A stretch of DNA of 62,940 nucleotides, counting the filler, from Licmophora abbreviata (Eukaryota), in assembly GCA_900291995.1 (NCBI GenBank). It is 16 parts of 16 records of this genome, joined end to end, with 100 filler letters (N's around TTAATTAATTAA, not from the genome) between each part and the next. Parts side by side here need not be neighbours in the genome. Positions count along the whole stretch, not along the records: positions 21,600 to 24,629 come from OLMU01002053.1; positions 24,730 to 26,325 come from OLMU01002054.1; positions 26,426 to 27,437 come from OLMU01002056.1; positions 27,538 to 33,408 come from OLMU01002057.1; positions 33,509 to 38,122 come from OLMU01002059.1; 11 more parts are not named here. One strand, 5' to 3'. Every line of letters starts with the position of its first letter. Positions within the stretch are counted from its first letter, which is position 1. The notes under the pieces are model-generated. The model had not been told where the DNA came from. It ran no database searches and was given only the letters and a program-made list of their open reading frames with translations. Position numbers and translations under genes: made by a program. Positions 22,536 to 35,259 of this stretch are shown here, in pieces.

Positions 22536-25500
22536 ATGACGAATTCTATATCGCAAGACGACGGCACCAGTGAGAACTACCAGACAATGGGAGTCTCTAC
22601 AGAACCTCTTCTGTCCTCTCCTCCCACTCTACAGCAGCTGGATGTCGACGAAGAAAGCCCAGCGACGACAAGATCAAGAAGAGCGGATGACGACGATGGG
22701 GAACACAATGAGTCGTACTACTACGGCGGCTTCTCGTCCTTTTTCTGGGCTGCATCACCCACATCGAAGAGACCATCGTCTCCCTTGCAGTCGTCGGAGA
22801 ACGAGAGATCCTATCCCATGATCGTGGAGGCGTGGGAGTCGATCCTTTGCCGGATCCGGGTCCCTCTTTTGCTGTTCGTGGTCCTTGTGGTGTGGCCCCT
22901 CGGCGCCGTATGTTTCCGACATTTGACATCGGCAACAGACAGCACCTTTCACCCTATTCCGACATCGCTGTCTGGACAGGCCCAGACCGCCTTCGCTGAA
23001 TCGTATGCCGACGACTGGCAGGATCCTATGCATCCGAGCCTTTCGATCGTCTTGGAGAATCCCGACAGTGCTAGCAACGACACTCTGGTGGACCCGCGCT
23101 CGCCGCTCTACGAGCCCGCCTTTCATTTCTCCACCGAGCTTCCCATCTTCCTCAATCAAACCTGCTGGAAGCTGCAAGACGGTACTGCCCGCTGTTCCTC
23201 CAACGAGACATGGACGAAAGTCACGTCGTATTTTTCCCTACTCGACGATCAGCTCACGTATCTGGCCAAGTCGGCAGTAGCCAACGAAGGTCGCATGACG
23301 GTCGTGCAAGTGCAGTATCTCCTTCCATCGAACTCTACGCATACTCGTGCTCGAGTCGCGCAGCTCATGGAAGCCATTGAAGTGTTCGCGGCCCGCTATG
23401 AGGATACTCCCCTCTCCATCACGTTCACAGGCCTCAAGTGGTTCCAGTCGGATCTCATAAAATCGACGCAGTCGGATATGCGCAAGATGGATGCTCTCGT
23501 CTTGCCCTTGGCATTGTTCTTGCTCGGGGTTGTCTTGAAACAAGCACGCGCTGCCTATGTGTGGATACTGCCGCTCTGCACGCTGCTCACGACTATTTGC
23601 GCCTGGTCCATGGTAATGCGAGTGGTGGCGTCTAATATGCAAATTACACAATTCACGCCATCCATCATGATGTCTGTTACCTTGGGCATGGGAATGGACT
23701 ATTCGCTCTTTTTGTTGTCCCGCTACTTGGAAGAAATGACAACGACGACGACGCGATCATCAAGAACCAAGCAGCAGGCGATACGGCACATGCTCTATCA
23801 CGGCGGACATGTTCTGTTGTTGAGCGGACTGACGCTCATGTGCACGTTTCTCGGCCTTTGTTTCTTGCCGCTTGCCATGCTCAAGAGTGTTGGTATCGGA
23901 GCGGCTGTGGCTATAGGCTGTGCTCTCTTTGTTCAGTTGACTCTGGTCCCAGCTGTGTTGCATACACGCTTTGGAGACTTGATAGTCGAAGGTTCGGCGG
24001 TACAGCACAGAGAGACAGAGAGGGACGGGGATGACGCCGACGATTCCTTTCTGGAACGGGCTGCCTTAAGTCAAGCGGACGCTGCCGACCCTCGATCTGG
24101 AAGAAATTGTCTCGTCACTTGCTACATCGGGAAAAATCCATCATTATATTTTTGGTCATTGTCCAGCTGATTCTGCCGGTGGCACTCTACGCGACCAGCT
24201 TCAATTCCTCCTTGTCGTTCGACTTGATGTTACCGTCGACGAGCCCCAGCCTGGATGCATTCCATCGACTCGGAGCTCAGCTCGGATGGGGCCGTCTGAC
24301 TCCGTACAGGATTCTTTTTGACGGTCGTGCCGCAGGCATCAAGATGGACTCCGCGGAAGGCTTTGACGTCATGCACCGCGTCCTGGACGAGCTCATTGCC
24401 ATTGAAGGCCATGAAGACAAGGGCATCACTCATATTGCGACTGGAATGGACGAAATTCAAGGTCTGACGGATCATCTCATGGATACACTGGGTCTTTCGG
24501 CAAGATCAAAGATGAAAGATGGCGTTCTCTGCGATCAGGACATGATCGAACGACCTACGATGTACGGTGGCATTTCTATCCTCAAAAACGCTCGTATTCC
24601 GCACTCGCTCTTCGTTTCCGCAAAGTATTNNNNNNNNNNNNNNNNNNNNNNNNNNNNNNNNNNNNNNNNNNNNTTAATTAATTAANNNNNNNNNNNNNNN
24701 NNNNNNNNNNNNNNNNNNNNNNNNNNNNNCTCGTATTCCGCACTCGCTCTTCGTTTCCGCAAAGTATTGTGCCAAGGTCGCCCCTCACTGCCCCGTCGAA
24801 ACGCTGCATCTCATTGATTACGTCGACCAGGTATCTACCTCTAAGGATCGCTACGCCACGTTTGTAACTGCAACGCTGGGAACGAATCCCTTTTCCAGCG
24901 AAGGCCTTAGCTGGCTCGAAGCGGCACGGTCTACACTGAAGCGCCTCGAGGACGGTGGGGCACTGGGAGACATCAAGGTCTACTTGGAAGGCACTGCGGC
25001 TATTGAATATGATGCAGTAGACGCTGTTTACTCTGCGTTTCCGTTGGTAATTGGTATCACCATGGCGGTTGTCTTTATCTTGATGGGAGTCTTCTTCAGG
25101 AGTCTTTTGGCACCGCTCCGTAGCGTGGTAAGCATTAGCTTGACTCTGAGCTTTGTCTTTGGCTGGTTGGTCCTCGTCTATCAGCACGGCATCCTCGACT
25201 GGACCGGGATTCAAAAGTGGACTTCGACCGGCGATGAGATTTCTTGGTTGGTCCCGGTCATGGCGTTCAGCATCATTGTGGGGCTTGCGCTCGACTACGA
25301 CGTGTTTCTGATAAGTCGCATTCTTGAGTATCGCACGGACGAAGGATACGATCACAAGAGTTCCATTGCGGCTGGGCTGGATTCAACTGGAAGTATTATT
25401 ACGGCGGCAGGACTCATTATGGGAGTGGCCTTTGGTGGCTTGATGTTCTCATCCTCCCCCGTCCTCTACCAGTGGTCGTTCCTCTTGACGACGGCCGTCC

Positions 25501-25691
25501 TACTGGATACATTCGTGATTCGTACGTTGATCGTGCCTATCGTTATGGGATGGACGGGGAGCAAATACAGCTGGTGGCCACGGCAGATGCCCGATGCCGG
25601 GCCTACCGTGCAGTGGTATGACAGCTGCGGTGCGCGAGAGAATGGAATCTACCAGCTCATGGAGAACGAAAGAGACGATATCTCAATGTGA
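22536..25691 (+). CDS. MMPL/RND-family membrane transporter; frameshift at ~24035-24105; spans a gap with overlapping flanks
   Basis: Two homologous halves with GMGMDYSLFLLSRYLEE and GLALDYDVFLISRILEYR; TGSIITAAGLIM; LLDTFVIRTLIVP. Confidence 0.88.
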
Positions 25692-25743
25692 TTTGTTGTA
25701 CGTACACAACTAGTTTAGGACCACACAGACTCTCTTGTCACTG

Positions 25744-26325
25744 TCATGCTGTTGTGTCACTCGTCGTCCCTCCAGCTCCGACAGTGTCGTCGTACAGTGA
25801 TCGCTTGGGAAAGTTACAGACATCCATAAACCACCGCTTGGCTACTGTAAGGACCAGTATAGGTCGACTTGTAGTGGACGATTCATTGGCAAGTCCTCGA
25901 TGCAGTATTCGATAATCAAAGACAAGCGCGTCGCCACATTGCAGAATCGGTAGTATCGGCGGCCGCAAAGTCTTTCTCGCCTTGGCAAGAAGCATCATGC
26001 GTGCTAGATCTCGCGTGTGATAGTGCGTACCAGGACGAAGCTCCGTCGGTCCCAGCTCGATGGGCACACTGACGAGTGGAAGAAAGATGTTGGCACAGTG
26101 ACAGGGCAGGTGCCGGGAAAGATCGACGTGCCCTCCATCGGAATGCCAGGATTGTTCCGGTGCGCCCGGAGTCGATACCAAGAGTGACACATGGCAGATC
26201 TGAACATCCTTCCAAGTAGATTCGTTGAGCACTGAGGGAAGGAGAGGCTGCAGAATATCCAACAGTGGCTCAAGTGGTGGATGCGATATGTCATACAACA
26301 GAGAGAGTTCGTAGCGTCCAGGACT
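25744..26325 (-). CDS. Phytanoyl-CoA dioxygenase (PhyH) family Fe(II)/2OG oxygenase, 3' part
   Basis: PGAPEQSWHSDG (HxD), GPTELRPGTH, GDALVFDYRILHRGLAN, RPIL. Confidence 0.85.
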   Translation of the reverse strand, partial: SPGRYELSLLYDISHPPLEPLLDILQPLLPSVLNESTWKDVQICHVSLLVSTPGAPEQSWHSDGGHVDLSRHLPCHCANIFLPLVSVPIELGPTELRPGTHYHTRDLARMMLLAKARKTLRPPILPILQCGDALVFDYRILHRGLANESSTTSRPILVLTVAKRWFMDVCNFPKRSLYDDTVGAGGTTSDTTA

Positions 26326-26464
26326 NNNNNNNNNNNNNNNNNNNNNNNNNNNNNNNNNNNNNNNNNNNNTTAATTAATTAANNNNNNNNNNNNNNNNNNN
26401 NNNNNNNNNNNNNNNNNNNNNNNNNATTCCCTTGACTAGAAGATAGAAATTACTCTCTGCCAAG

Positions 26465-26973
26465 ATGATGGACCCCATGGCCAACTTGGACGGCGGCGCC
26501 GCGCCAGGCGCTGCCTCCTCCACCGACCCAACGACGACGACCAAGGAAGTCTTTGATCCGATGGCGCTCAATACGAATCTACAGCGCATCGATAAGATAC
26601 GGGCCTTCATGGGGATCGTCTCGGGATGCGTCGCCGGAGTCTTGGGTCTGACTGGCTGGGAGGGATTGAGTAAGTCGGAGTCTTACCGCTCATTGCCCGC
26701 TTTCGATGAGGATCGTTGGTTCATGGCATGACAAGGAACGAAAATCTAACGAGTCCGCTGTTGGCATTATTTCTTTTTTCACACATAGTTTGCTTCGCTT
26801 TATTGCATTTGACAGTGCTGGTATCCATGTGGGTCTTCAAAATGAATTTTGATCTCAAGGGATATACAAGGCAATCCTGGGTAGGCTATCTCACAACGAA
26901 CCTCCAACAGTGCGCACTGTCGTTCATGCTCTTTTGGACGCTCTTTTACGGCCTAGTGTATCTGTATGACTAA
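26465..26973 (+). CDS. EMC6: ER membrane protein complex subunit 6; intron 26670-26788
   Basis: IVSGCVAGVLGLTGWEG and C-terminal FMLFWTLFYGLVYLY. Confidence 0.9.
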
Positions 26974-27614
26974 AACAGTGGCTTCAGAGAACACGAAATG
27001 CCTTCGATCATTATTATATGTGTAGCTTTTGGATTGACGTGGTACGAGTAACAGCTCTCAGACTCAGCAAAACAGGATTGACATTCGCTCCACTAGAGTC
27101 TAGCGCTAGGAGAATCAATGAGGCATCGCTCGCTTCGTCACTCAGTACGGCTAACGATTTTCTTCCATCGTATCTATGCAGAAAGAAAGACTGGACGTAG
27201 CGGGATCAGTGCAAGAGCAGGAACGCAGCTGCTGCCTCGTCTATCATACAGAAGTAAAAGTTGGATATTTAGAACCATGATTTCGCTCCTGCATGTTATT
27301 CGCCAAAGTTTTGTACCAGGTACCTGGCATTATTACGCTAGAGGATGATGATACCAAATGTAATTCCAGGTACCGGCAGGAGCACATTCATGTGCTCCTG
27401 GGTACCGGTTATAACACTCATACGAGGTAAAATGCAGNNNNNNNNNNNNNNNNNNNNNNNNNNNNNNNNNNNNNNNNNNNNTTAATTAATTAANNNNNNN
27501 NNNNNNNNNNNNNNNNNNNNNNNNNNNNNNNNNNNNNCTCGTAAGCTCGCACAGCAGAAGCCACTTGATTTTTCCGCGTTTCGTCTTCGCGCGACTGATC
27601 AGTTGATTGAGAGT

Positions 27615-27675
27615 GAGTCAGTCGAGTCGAGTCTCACGACTGCTTTGACTCGACTCGACTCGACTGACTGACTGA
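27615..27675. repeat. GAGTC/GACTC pentamer array forming an 18-bp perfect inverted repeat
   Basis: 27616-27633 AGTCAGTCGAGTCGAGTC is the reverse complement of 27652-27669. Confidence 0.85.
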
Positions 27676-27915
27676 TGTCAGTCCTTGGGGCACTGCATAA
27701 ATGATTCGGCGTACTCCGTAGGATCCAACAGGCACCTGGTATGACTGTACTTGAACGCGTAGTCATCTCACAAAATGCCGAAGAAATTGCGGAAGAGAAG
27801 GAAGACAGTACGCAAAACAACAGAACTCCCACACAGAACTCCCAAACGGAACTCCCACTGAGGTGGTATCATACCGGTACATCATATTCATACGCTTGCA
27901 ACAAGGAAAAGCACC

Positions 27916-29138
27916 ATGTCAGCCTTCTCTGTTGGTCTCGAGTACTCCCCGACGATCGTTGAGGCCGAGATTACAACCGAGCACGGCGCGCATGTCAAGA
28001 TCAATGAGAGTGGCTGCTGCGCCCGTCACCCCGACATCATGCTGCGCAAAAAATTGACCGGTCTCAGGAAGCGCACGACAGGGAAGTGCTGGGAGATCAT
28101 ACAGCAAAGCTGCCATAAATGCGATGTAATTCATGATCTCGAGGTTGCCGAGAAGAAGGCAATTCATGATCTCGAGGTTGCCGAGAAGAAGGCAAACCTT
28201 GAAGAGAAGAAGGCAAACCTTGAACTCCAAGCGAATGAAAGGAAAACTCGGATGGCCTTTGAAAGCCTCAAGCTTCAACAAGCATGGGCCCAACGCGGCG
28301 ATAGTACCGGCAGGACGTTACCGTCTTCCGTCGACTCTGAAGGTCTTGACTCTTCAGATATCATCATACCGCCAGGAAGCAGCAAGGCTGACAAAATTTC
28401 CGATGGTAAAGGTCTCAAGACTGCCAAGAAGTTCAAGGCTGCAACTGGCGCAGGGCTGAAGGCTCTCAATCAGCAACGCCACAAAGCCGTTGCCTTGGCG
28501 TCAGCCTTCACGAACTCTACGATTCCCGCATCCTCCGTGTCCTATGTCACAAGCATGCCCTATTCCAAACAAGATAAGACTTGTACGTTAGCGGGGCATA
28601 CACCGGATACATTAATAAGCACACGGGTAAGCCGCATGGCATGGGATGCTTGGAGTTTGAAAAGCCGGAACCATCTCTCAAGCATGAAGGTGAATTCAGG
28701 AATGGATTGGAACATGGCCCTGGTGTCATTACAAGCAAGGACCCATCAAATCCATATCATGTTGAGGGTGATTTTGTTCGAGGAGAACTTTGTGGGCAAT
28801 GTAATATTACCTTTGCTGACGGAGGAAGGTTCTCTGGAGAGTTTGAAAACGGTGAACAGACTGGCCATGGTATCATGGTTGAGGCAGATGGCTCCCGCTA
28901 TGAAGGTGAGTTCAAGCACAGCAAGAAGCATGGACATGGCCTATACGTCCTCAAGAATGGAATTGAATATGATGGCGACTTCTACCAGGGCTTCTTTCAC
29001 GGCAAAGGTGTACTGAAGTGGCCCCACGGCGACTACTACATTGGAAGCTGGAAAGATGGCAACAAACACGGCGTTGGTCACTTTTATTCGGGTGGCAAGA
29101 AGAAGAAGCAGAGGTGGTTCAATGGAGTTATGAAGTGA
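27916..29138 (+). CDS. MORN-repeat protein with N-terminal Cys/His motif and coiled coil; frameshift at ~28565-28580
   Basis: GCCARHPD...CHKC in the first frame; about 7 MORN repeats (YEGEFKHSKKHGHG, YIGSWKDGNKHGVG) in the second frame. Confidence 0.8.
28129..28224 (+). repeat. Perfect in-frame tandem duplications (2 x 33 bp, then 2 x 21 bp) in the coiled coil
   Basis: IHDLEVAEKKA x2 and EKKANLE x2, identical at DNA level. Confidence 0.9.
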
Positions 29139-29412
29139 GCGGCAGAATATCTATTGCCCCCAATGGTAATAGCGTATGACGTCTGTTTTTCGTAATACTA
29201 CTGATAAGACTTAACTCAAAGCACTCTTGCTAAGACCCTCCAGTAGTGCGCAATATCGTTCATGCTTGCTTGGGCGCACTTTTACGGAAGAGTAATACAC
29301 GGAGATGGATTTTGAAGCAGAACTTCATGCGCAGCTCTTGTATGCGCATCAGTAGATAGTACTAGGATTGGGACTCGATGAAGCAGGATCGGCGTCCATC
29401 GTCCCATTCTAT

Positions 29413-30104
29413 TCACCTCGGTGCTCCGAACGCTTCTGGCATTCTCTCCACTGTATAACGATAGCCACTAATGTACATGCACGGCACACCGGGAATCTTT
29501 CGAATCCGCCCTCGAAGTTCCTTATCGCAAGTCGCCACAATGAAACACCGCCACTGCTTCACCATGTTCACGAGACAATCGTCAGCATAACATCCTTTGC
29601 AGTTACAAGGGATACGCTCGAATCGAGGATCCTTCGCTAGTCGCAGTGCAATCTTGTATTTGCTTCCCAGCTTTTCCAGTTCGCCCATGACACAGTCGGT
29701 AATGCAGGGAATACACTTTGCCAGCAGACAGTCCATCATGGCTCGAATCATGTCGAGCTTTTTGCTACAGAAAGGAGGAAAAACCAATAGTGTTGTACGT
29801 GAGAAAAATTCTCGCATGTTCTGGATTCAACATCGTCCATCAATCGGCACACACGTCCGACATACCGAATACTGAAATTGATAAAGTTCGTGTCCACCAA
29901 GACATGATAGGGAGGTCCCAATTGAGTATTGTATTGGAAGAAAAGAGCCGACACAGCTTGTTCTACTTGCCGCGGTTCGTTTTGCTTCGCCTGTTCCGCT
30001 TGCTTTTTCTTTTGCTTTTCCATGTTCGACTTGACCCGCGTGTCCTTGGGACTAATGATCTTCTTGGTGACGGCAAACTTGCGCGTCTGTTTCGACTTGC
30101 CCAT
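29413..30104 (-). CDS. FCF1: rRNA-processing PIN-domain nuclease Fcf1/Utp24; intron 29765-29865
   Basis: [75 protein letters not shown]. Confidence 0.96.
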
Positions 30105-30568
30105 TTTCTCTAGTTGCCTTTCGTTCTGGGTATGAAAAATGAGATGATTCTTTCCAAACAAAGTACAGGGCTGCCAATGGTTTGAAATGTTGTGATGAGG
30201 TCTCTTGAATCGTAACGGCACGTTCGGTTCGTGATCAGAGCGACAGCAGCAGCAAAATTGCCATCGTATCACAAAGAAAAAACGCGGTCGTCGCGATGTG
30301 ATGCGTGGCTCTGCGAGCATGGAGTGCCTGTCCGCCGCCCGCCCATGACGCAGCAAATAGCCCGCGAGCTCGCCGGGACAAAACTCTTTTGTGGGAGCGT
30401 CGATGCTGAACTTTTTCGCCGCGAATGAATCTTCCGAATCTTTCCCGCAAGTACTCTGTGTGAGGTCGTTGCTCCAAGGAAGTCGAAGTGAAGTGGAGCA
30501 AGCAGCGCTGACAGCATCATTTCGGGACATCAGCAGCCTCGTTGGAAGCCTCCTCTACGTTTTTCACA

Positions 30569-31290
30569 ATGGATGCTAGTCCCGACTTCCATATATCCAA
30601 TCTTGACAGCATCCCAAGGGGGTCTAGGGGCCCATCGTCTGACGATGCTCAGTCTGTGGCAACTACCCAACTGGCTACAGAAGTCGGCTCAGTGGTGGGT
30701 GCTCCGAAGGACGCCTTCCTTCGTAGTATCACATTTTTCAAGGATAGGCCTTCGCTGGATTGGAGCATCGAGTTGTCCGACCCTCCTGCGTCTGTAAAGA
30801 AAAAGAAGGACCGAAAACTGACGGTTCAGAGTTTGGGAGGAAGTATTGGATTGTCGACCATCCAGCCTGGCGATGCTCTCAAGAAGATTAACGGCAAGCG
30901 AATAGGACCTAGCTACAACGCGGAAAGAGCAAGGGCGCTGATGGACCAGTGCCTCGAGAATCAGGAGGTGTTGTCGATCGAAGTGGGAAACACTGATGGA
31001 TCCGATGTGCTTGTTCAAGCTACGATTCTCAAGCCAAGCCCGGAGATGACTTATAAAGATATGGGAATGGTTGTATGGTTTTGGGGCGTATTGTGTATCA
31101 AGGCGATCGACAAAGAGAGTCTGTTTGCCCATACTGCCTTGAAGGCATCGGATCATCTTGTCTCCATTAACGATATTGCTTGCGATAGAATCACGCCAGA
31201 GGGATTTGCTCATGTCCTCGATGAATTGCCTCTCGAGGTGACTATCGTTGTAAAGCGTGGAAACAGAGGTGGAGTGGCATGTTCGGGTGA
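30569..31290 (+). CDS. Tandem PDZ-like domain protein; probable 1-nt indel near 31262
   Basis: IQPGDALKKING and LKASDHLVSIND...EVTIVVKR; the corrected end would read RGKQRWSGMFG*. Confidence 0.65.
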
Positions 31291-31480
31291 AGCCGACAGA
31301 AGAGTTTTGTACATGGGAAGGGAGACCAAGTATCATGATCACCCCAGTTCGAGCGTAGATAGAAAGGTAACGTATGTTATGCTGCAAACACGCATTTCTT
31401 TGTCTATGAAGTGGTATACAATCTACAAACTAAGTCGCCTTAAATGACAGGAATTTGTCACGTCTGTTTTTGTGTTGAGG

Positions 31481-33408
31481 TTACCGTCGTGGGGGAGGAA
31501 CGCCTTCGACTTGATTCCAGGGAAGCAAGCTCCTCCAGAATACCTCTAGCATTGGAGAGTCGGGATCAATCATGTTCATTTGCGGAGCACCTCTCATGTT
31601 TCGCAGAAAACCTCCACCCGGAAAACGTGCAGCTGCGTCTCGTTGCTCGCGTAGGGCATCCGGTCGTCGTAGGAAGCGGCGTCGATTCGGGTCTACTACC
31701 AGAGCCTGTGCCAACAATCCAGGATCTAGAGGATTGACATCCATAGGAAGCGTGCGGATGCGATCATCGTAGTCAGAGGGATCGCAGTCTGAATAGCGAA
31801 TGACCGCTGGAGACAGGGAAACGGGTAAATCAGAATCCGCAGAGAAATTCTGACAGTTCTTGTACATCCACAAGAGCGTGTCGTCCCCGGACCAGAGTTT
31901 AGCGTTGCGTTCTACAAATATTTTGGTCAAAACAGCGATAGCGTTCAACGATGCGTGTCGAAGGATAGTATCCTCCGTGCCGGAATCCGTCGTGTAGTGG
32001 ATAGCATCGCTATAACTTCTGATTGGACGTAGTACGGCCGGCCAGTCGGTTCGAAATGATCGGGCGGCAGTATCGACCTCATTCTTGTCAAGAATCTGCT
32101 CAATGATCGATGGAAATCTGCGAAGCGCGTCCTGCAGAGCGTCGTCGGCACGTTGATGCAGATCTTCGTCAGCACTGGATGTGCCCATGCGATGCAGTGC
32201 CAAAGCATATGAATAGGAGCAGTTTGGCAAATCTAGAAGATTGCCGTGGTGGCTATTCCGCGTCGACTTCTCCTTGTAATGAATTGTGACCTAAGAGAAA
32301 TGTATGCACAATGATGAGTATCAAAGGAGGCAGATTTTAGATTGTCGTCATCGACGCACCTGCTTGCTTTCCACCAAATTTACTAGGAAGCGTTCATGTT
32401 GTTCATGCATAGTAGACAATGCAAAATAGTCGATGATAGGTAGAACTCCCATGGGATCCCGCAACAGGTCGAGTGAAAGTAGATACCTCGCAACTGCCAG
32501 CGATGTCCGTACGCACCTACGGGAGGATGAAAGAGAGCAACGGTGGAGCATCAGCCGAATTCTCCCAAACGACGCACTTGCCGGATCGAAACTTGGACTT
32601 ACCCGGCTATGCTACTGACTTGCAGCAACCGAAACATAGCCATAAACAAGGGCTTGTTTTCCTTCCGGTCATAGTCCACGAAACACGGTTTGCGAGCATC
32701 ACTTGGAACAAAGCTTGATAAAGACGAGCATTCACAAATCCACAAGGCCCGACGCAGCAGAGCCATCCCTTCTTGACTCCGATTTGTATGGTAGAGTACC
32801 GACGACAGCTGCAGCAATGCCTCTACGACAAATGGATGATGCGCCACAAACAGCGCCAGTGCATTCGCATCCCCCGTCTCCTGAATTCGATGATAGTCGT
32901 CTAGGTCCAGCTGGTAGGTATCCGAGTACTGAAACGTGTACCAACGCTTCAAATCCTTCCATGGTGATGCTACCTCTACGGTTCCTCGTTGGTACGGCCA
33001 AGGCAAAGATGCTTCTGTATTATCACCATTGGCCACAATAAGATCGTACGTAGTCATCTTGATTCCTCCCCCTACATAGTGCGGAGGTCGCACCCATCCG
33101 TCGCGAGGTGACCCAAACAGGCACTGCTGGGTCCGTCGCGACGATGGACGAGACATGACAGCCTCTGAGTTGCCTCCTGCTAGCAGCGACGTCCTCATGA
33201 CATATTCCATGTCCAAGTCTCGTAGGTCGAGACGGTTCAGCACTACTACTAGTACCAGCGCAGGCGTAGCAGACTGCGACGACTCACCAGTACCATCAGT
33301 AGTGCCTCCCATGCGATCGGCATCTCGGGCCTGAAATTCAGCGAGAATGGCATCGAGATCTTCGGTAGTCTCATGCGTGTCGACTGGTGGCATTTTTCGA
33401 TCCCTCGA
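31481..33408 (-). CDS. TCF25: TCF25/Rqc1 ribosome quality-control factor, 3' part, two introns
   Basis: WYTFQYSDTY, HHPFVVEALLQLS, ENKPLFMAMFR, spliced GCVRTSL..ARYLLSLD..RDPMG...IDYFAL, LPNCSYSYALA. Confidence 0.85.
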
Positions 33409-33553
33409 NNNNNNNNNNNNNNNNNNNNNNNNNNNNNNNNNNNNNNNNNNNNTTAATTAATTAANNNNNNNNNNNNNNNNNNNNNNNNNNNNNNNNNNNN
33501 NNNNNNNNCAGTATCTTTGCCATTCCAACCGCTTCATTTCTTTCGTCGGCACC

Positions 33554-34471
33554 ATGGACAACGCGAATGCGCTCTTGACGGATCTCCACGCTCGTGTGGA
33601 GGCAGGGGATGTCGAGGAGGGTATGAAGACTCTGTCGAAAATCAAGGTGTGTGTGGGAAGAACGAAGGAAACAAGTCGGAAATGACGAAATTTGTGCCAC
33701 ACAAACAAAGCTGTCGTGTCAACGGCTTCTGATGGTTACTCACATTCACAGTGACTATTCTCTCTCCTGTTCTCCCCCTTTCTAATCCGATTGTTGTATT
33801 TAAATCAGATTGCAATGTTACAGTTTCCACAGCCTCTTTCCCAAGAGCATTCTCTGATTGCCATCAAGGCCTTGGAACTCGGCGTGCTTCTGTCGGTCGC
33901 CGCCAGCGACTTGGACGCCTTTTGCCGCAACTTTGCTCAACTTCAGCCTCACTACGCGACCAACAGCAAGAGTCCTCGAAAATGCCACATGATCGGATTG
34001 AATCTCATGTGTCTCCTGGTGGAAAATCGTCTCAGTGAGTTTCATGCAGAACTGGAACTGCTGACTCCGACCGAAGCCTCGGACGCACTCGTCACGTTCC
34101 CCATCACCCTGGAACGGCAACTCATGGTGGGATCCTACGATGAAGTCCTACATGCGAATACACAAATTCCAGATCCATCCTTTCAGTTCTTTTTGGATAG
34201 TCTCTTGCAAACGGTACGAGATAGTATTGCCGACTGTCTCGAAGTGGCTTACAATACCATCAAGCTGAGCGATGCTGTGGAGGTCATGAAGTTCCGAAAT
34301 GAAGCTGAACTGCGAGAGTATATCACAGAGTGTCGGGACGATTGGATTCTGCAAGCGGATGAAATTTGTTTTCAACCACCTCCGTCTGGAAGCAAGGCAA
34401 GCGATGTGCCCAGCTTGACGTTGATTCAGCAGAGTCTGACGTATGCGACGGAACTCGAGCGGATTGTTTGA
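33554..34471 (+). CDS. RPN12: 26S proteasome lid subunit Rpn12/PSMD8; intron 33647-33808
   Basis: GLNLMCLLVENRLSEFHAELELL, FPITLERQLMVGSY, TVRDSIADCLEVAY, YATELERIV*. Confidence 0.95.
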
Positions 34472-34632
34472 AACTGGATATATCAGGGAAGTGTGCCAAT
34501 GGAATAGCAGTCTCAATTGAACGGAGCATTGGGAGACAACAAATTAGCCGACCAGAACCTCTTCTATATCTGTCGTTTTGTCACATGATTCTTCGGTTGT
34601 TCTGTTCCATCTAGTACAGTATGGTGCTGTGT

Positions 34633-35259
34633 CTATTGATCATCGTACTCTTCCCTTCTTACAAGTCTAAAGCTCCCCCATGGCCGCGGCGCCCCAAACG
34701 GACCGACACACTCTCCCGTCAATGGAAGCTGAAAGACATCGGTCGGTGACGCTTCACACGTGGAGTTTTGGGACGCAAAGAAAGAGCGATCAAAAAACAG
34801 AGCAGCAGTCTCATCCCAGTGTCCCAAAGTGTCATCATAGACATCACTGTCACCCCAGCTCGTATCCCCAGGAAAGAGCGTCTGTCCATTGTAGCAGGTC
34901 CCCAGTGGCGTCATGTACGTGACACAGTCGGCGATGCACTTGGCGCGGCACAACGTCATGTTGATGAGCATCACGTAGTCGCGATTGTGCACTGCGACTT
35001 GATCGAAGCCTTGATCATTCGGTTTTTCAAGAGATACGCCTTGGCTTGATGAAGTTATTGTGATCACAATGGACACCACAAGGATGACGAAGAGCCCACT
35101 AGAAGTAGCCCGAGATTGCCGACCGAACGAGCGTCGTAGTCTACTGCTGCCACTACGACTTCTATACGCAGTCTTTTCGGTAAACACGCGGCTCTTTCCT
35201 GCTTCTGTCATAAGCCGCATAGACGCCAAACGGTCAAGCAGCGGGTTTACTTGAAACAT
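34633..35259 (-). CDS. Hypothetical single-pass or secreted Cys-rich protein (start uncertain)
   Basis: Hydrophobic segment GLFVILVVSIVITIT followed by a 6-Cys domain ending ECVGPFGAPRPWGSF. Confidence 0.6.
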   Translation of the reverse strand: MFQVNPLLDRLASMRLMTEAGKSRVFTEKTAYRSRSGSSRLRRSFGRQSRATSSGLFVILVVSIVITITSSSQGVSLEKPNDQGFDQVAVHNRDYVMLINMTLCRAKCIADCVTYMTPLGTCYNGQTLFPGDTSWGDSDVYDDTLGHWDETAALFFDRSFFASQNSTCEASPTDVFQLPLTGECVGPFGAPRPWGSFRLVRREEYDDQ

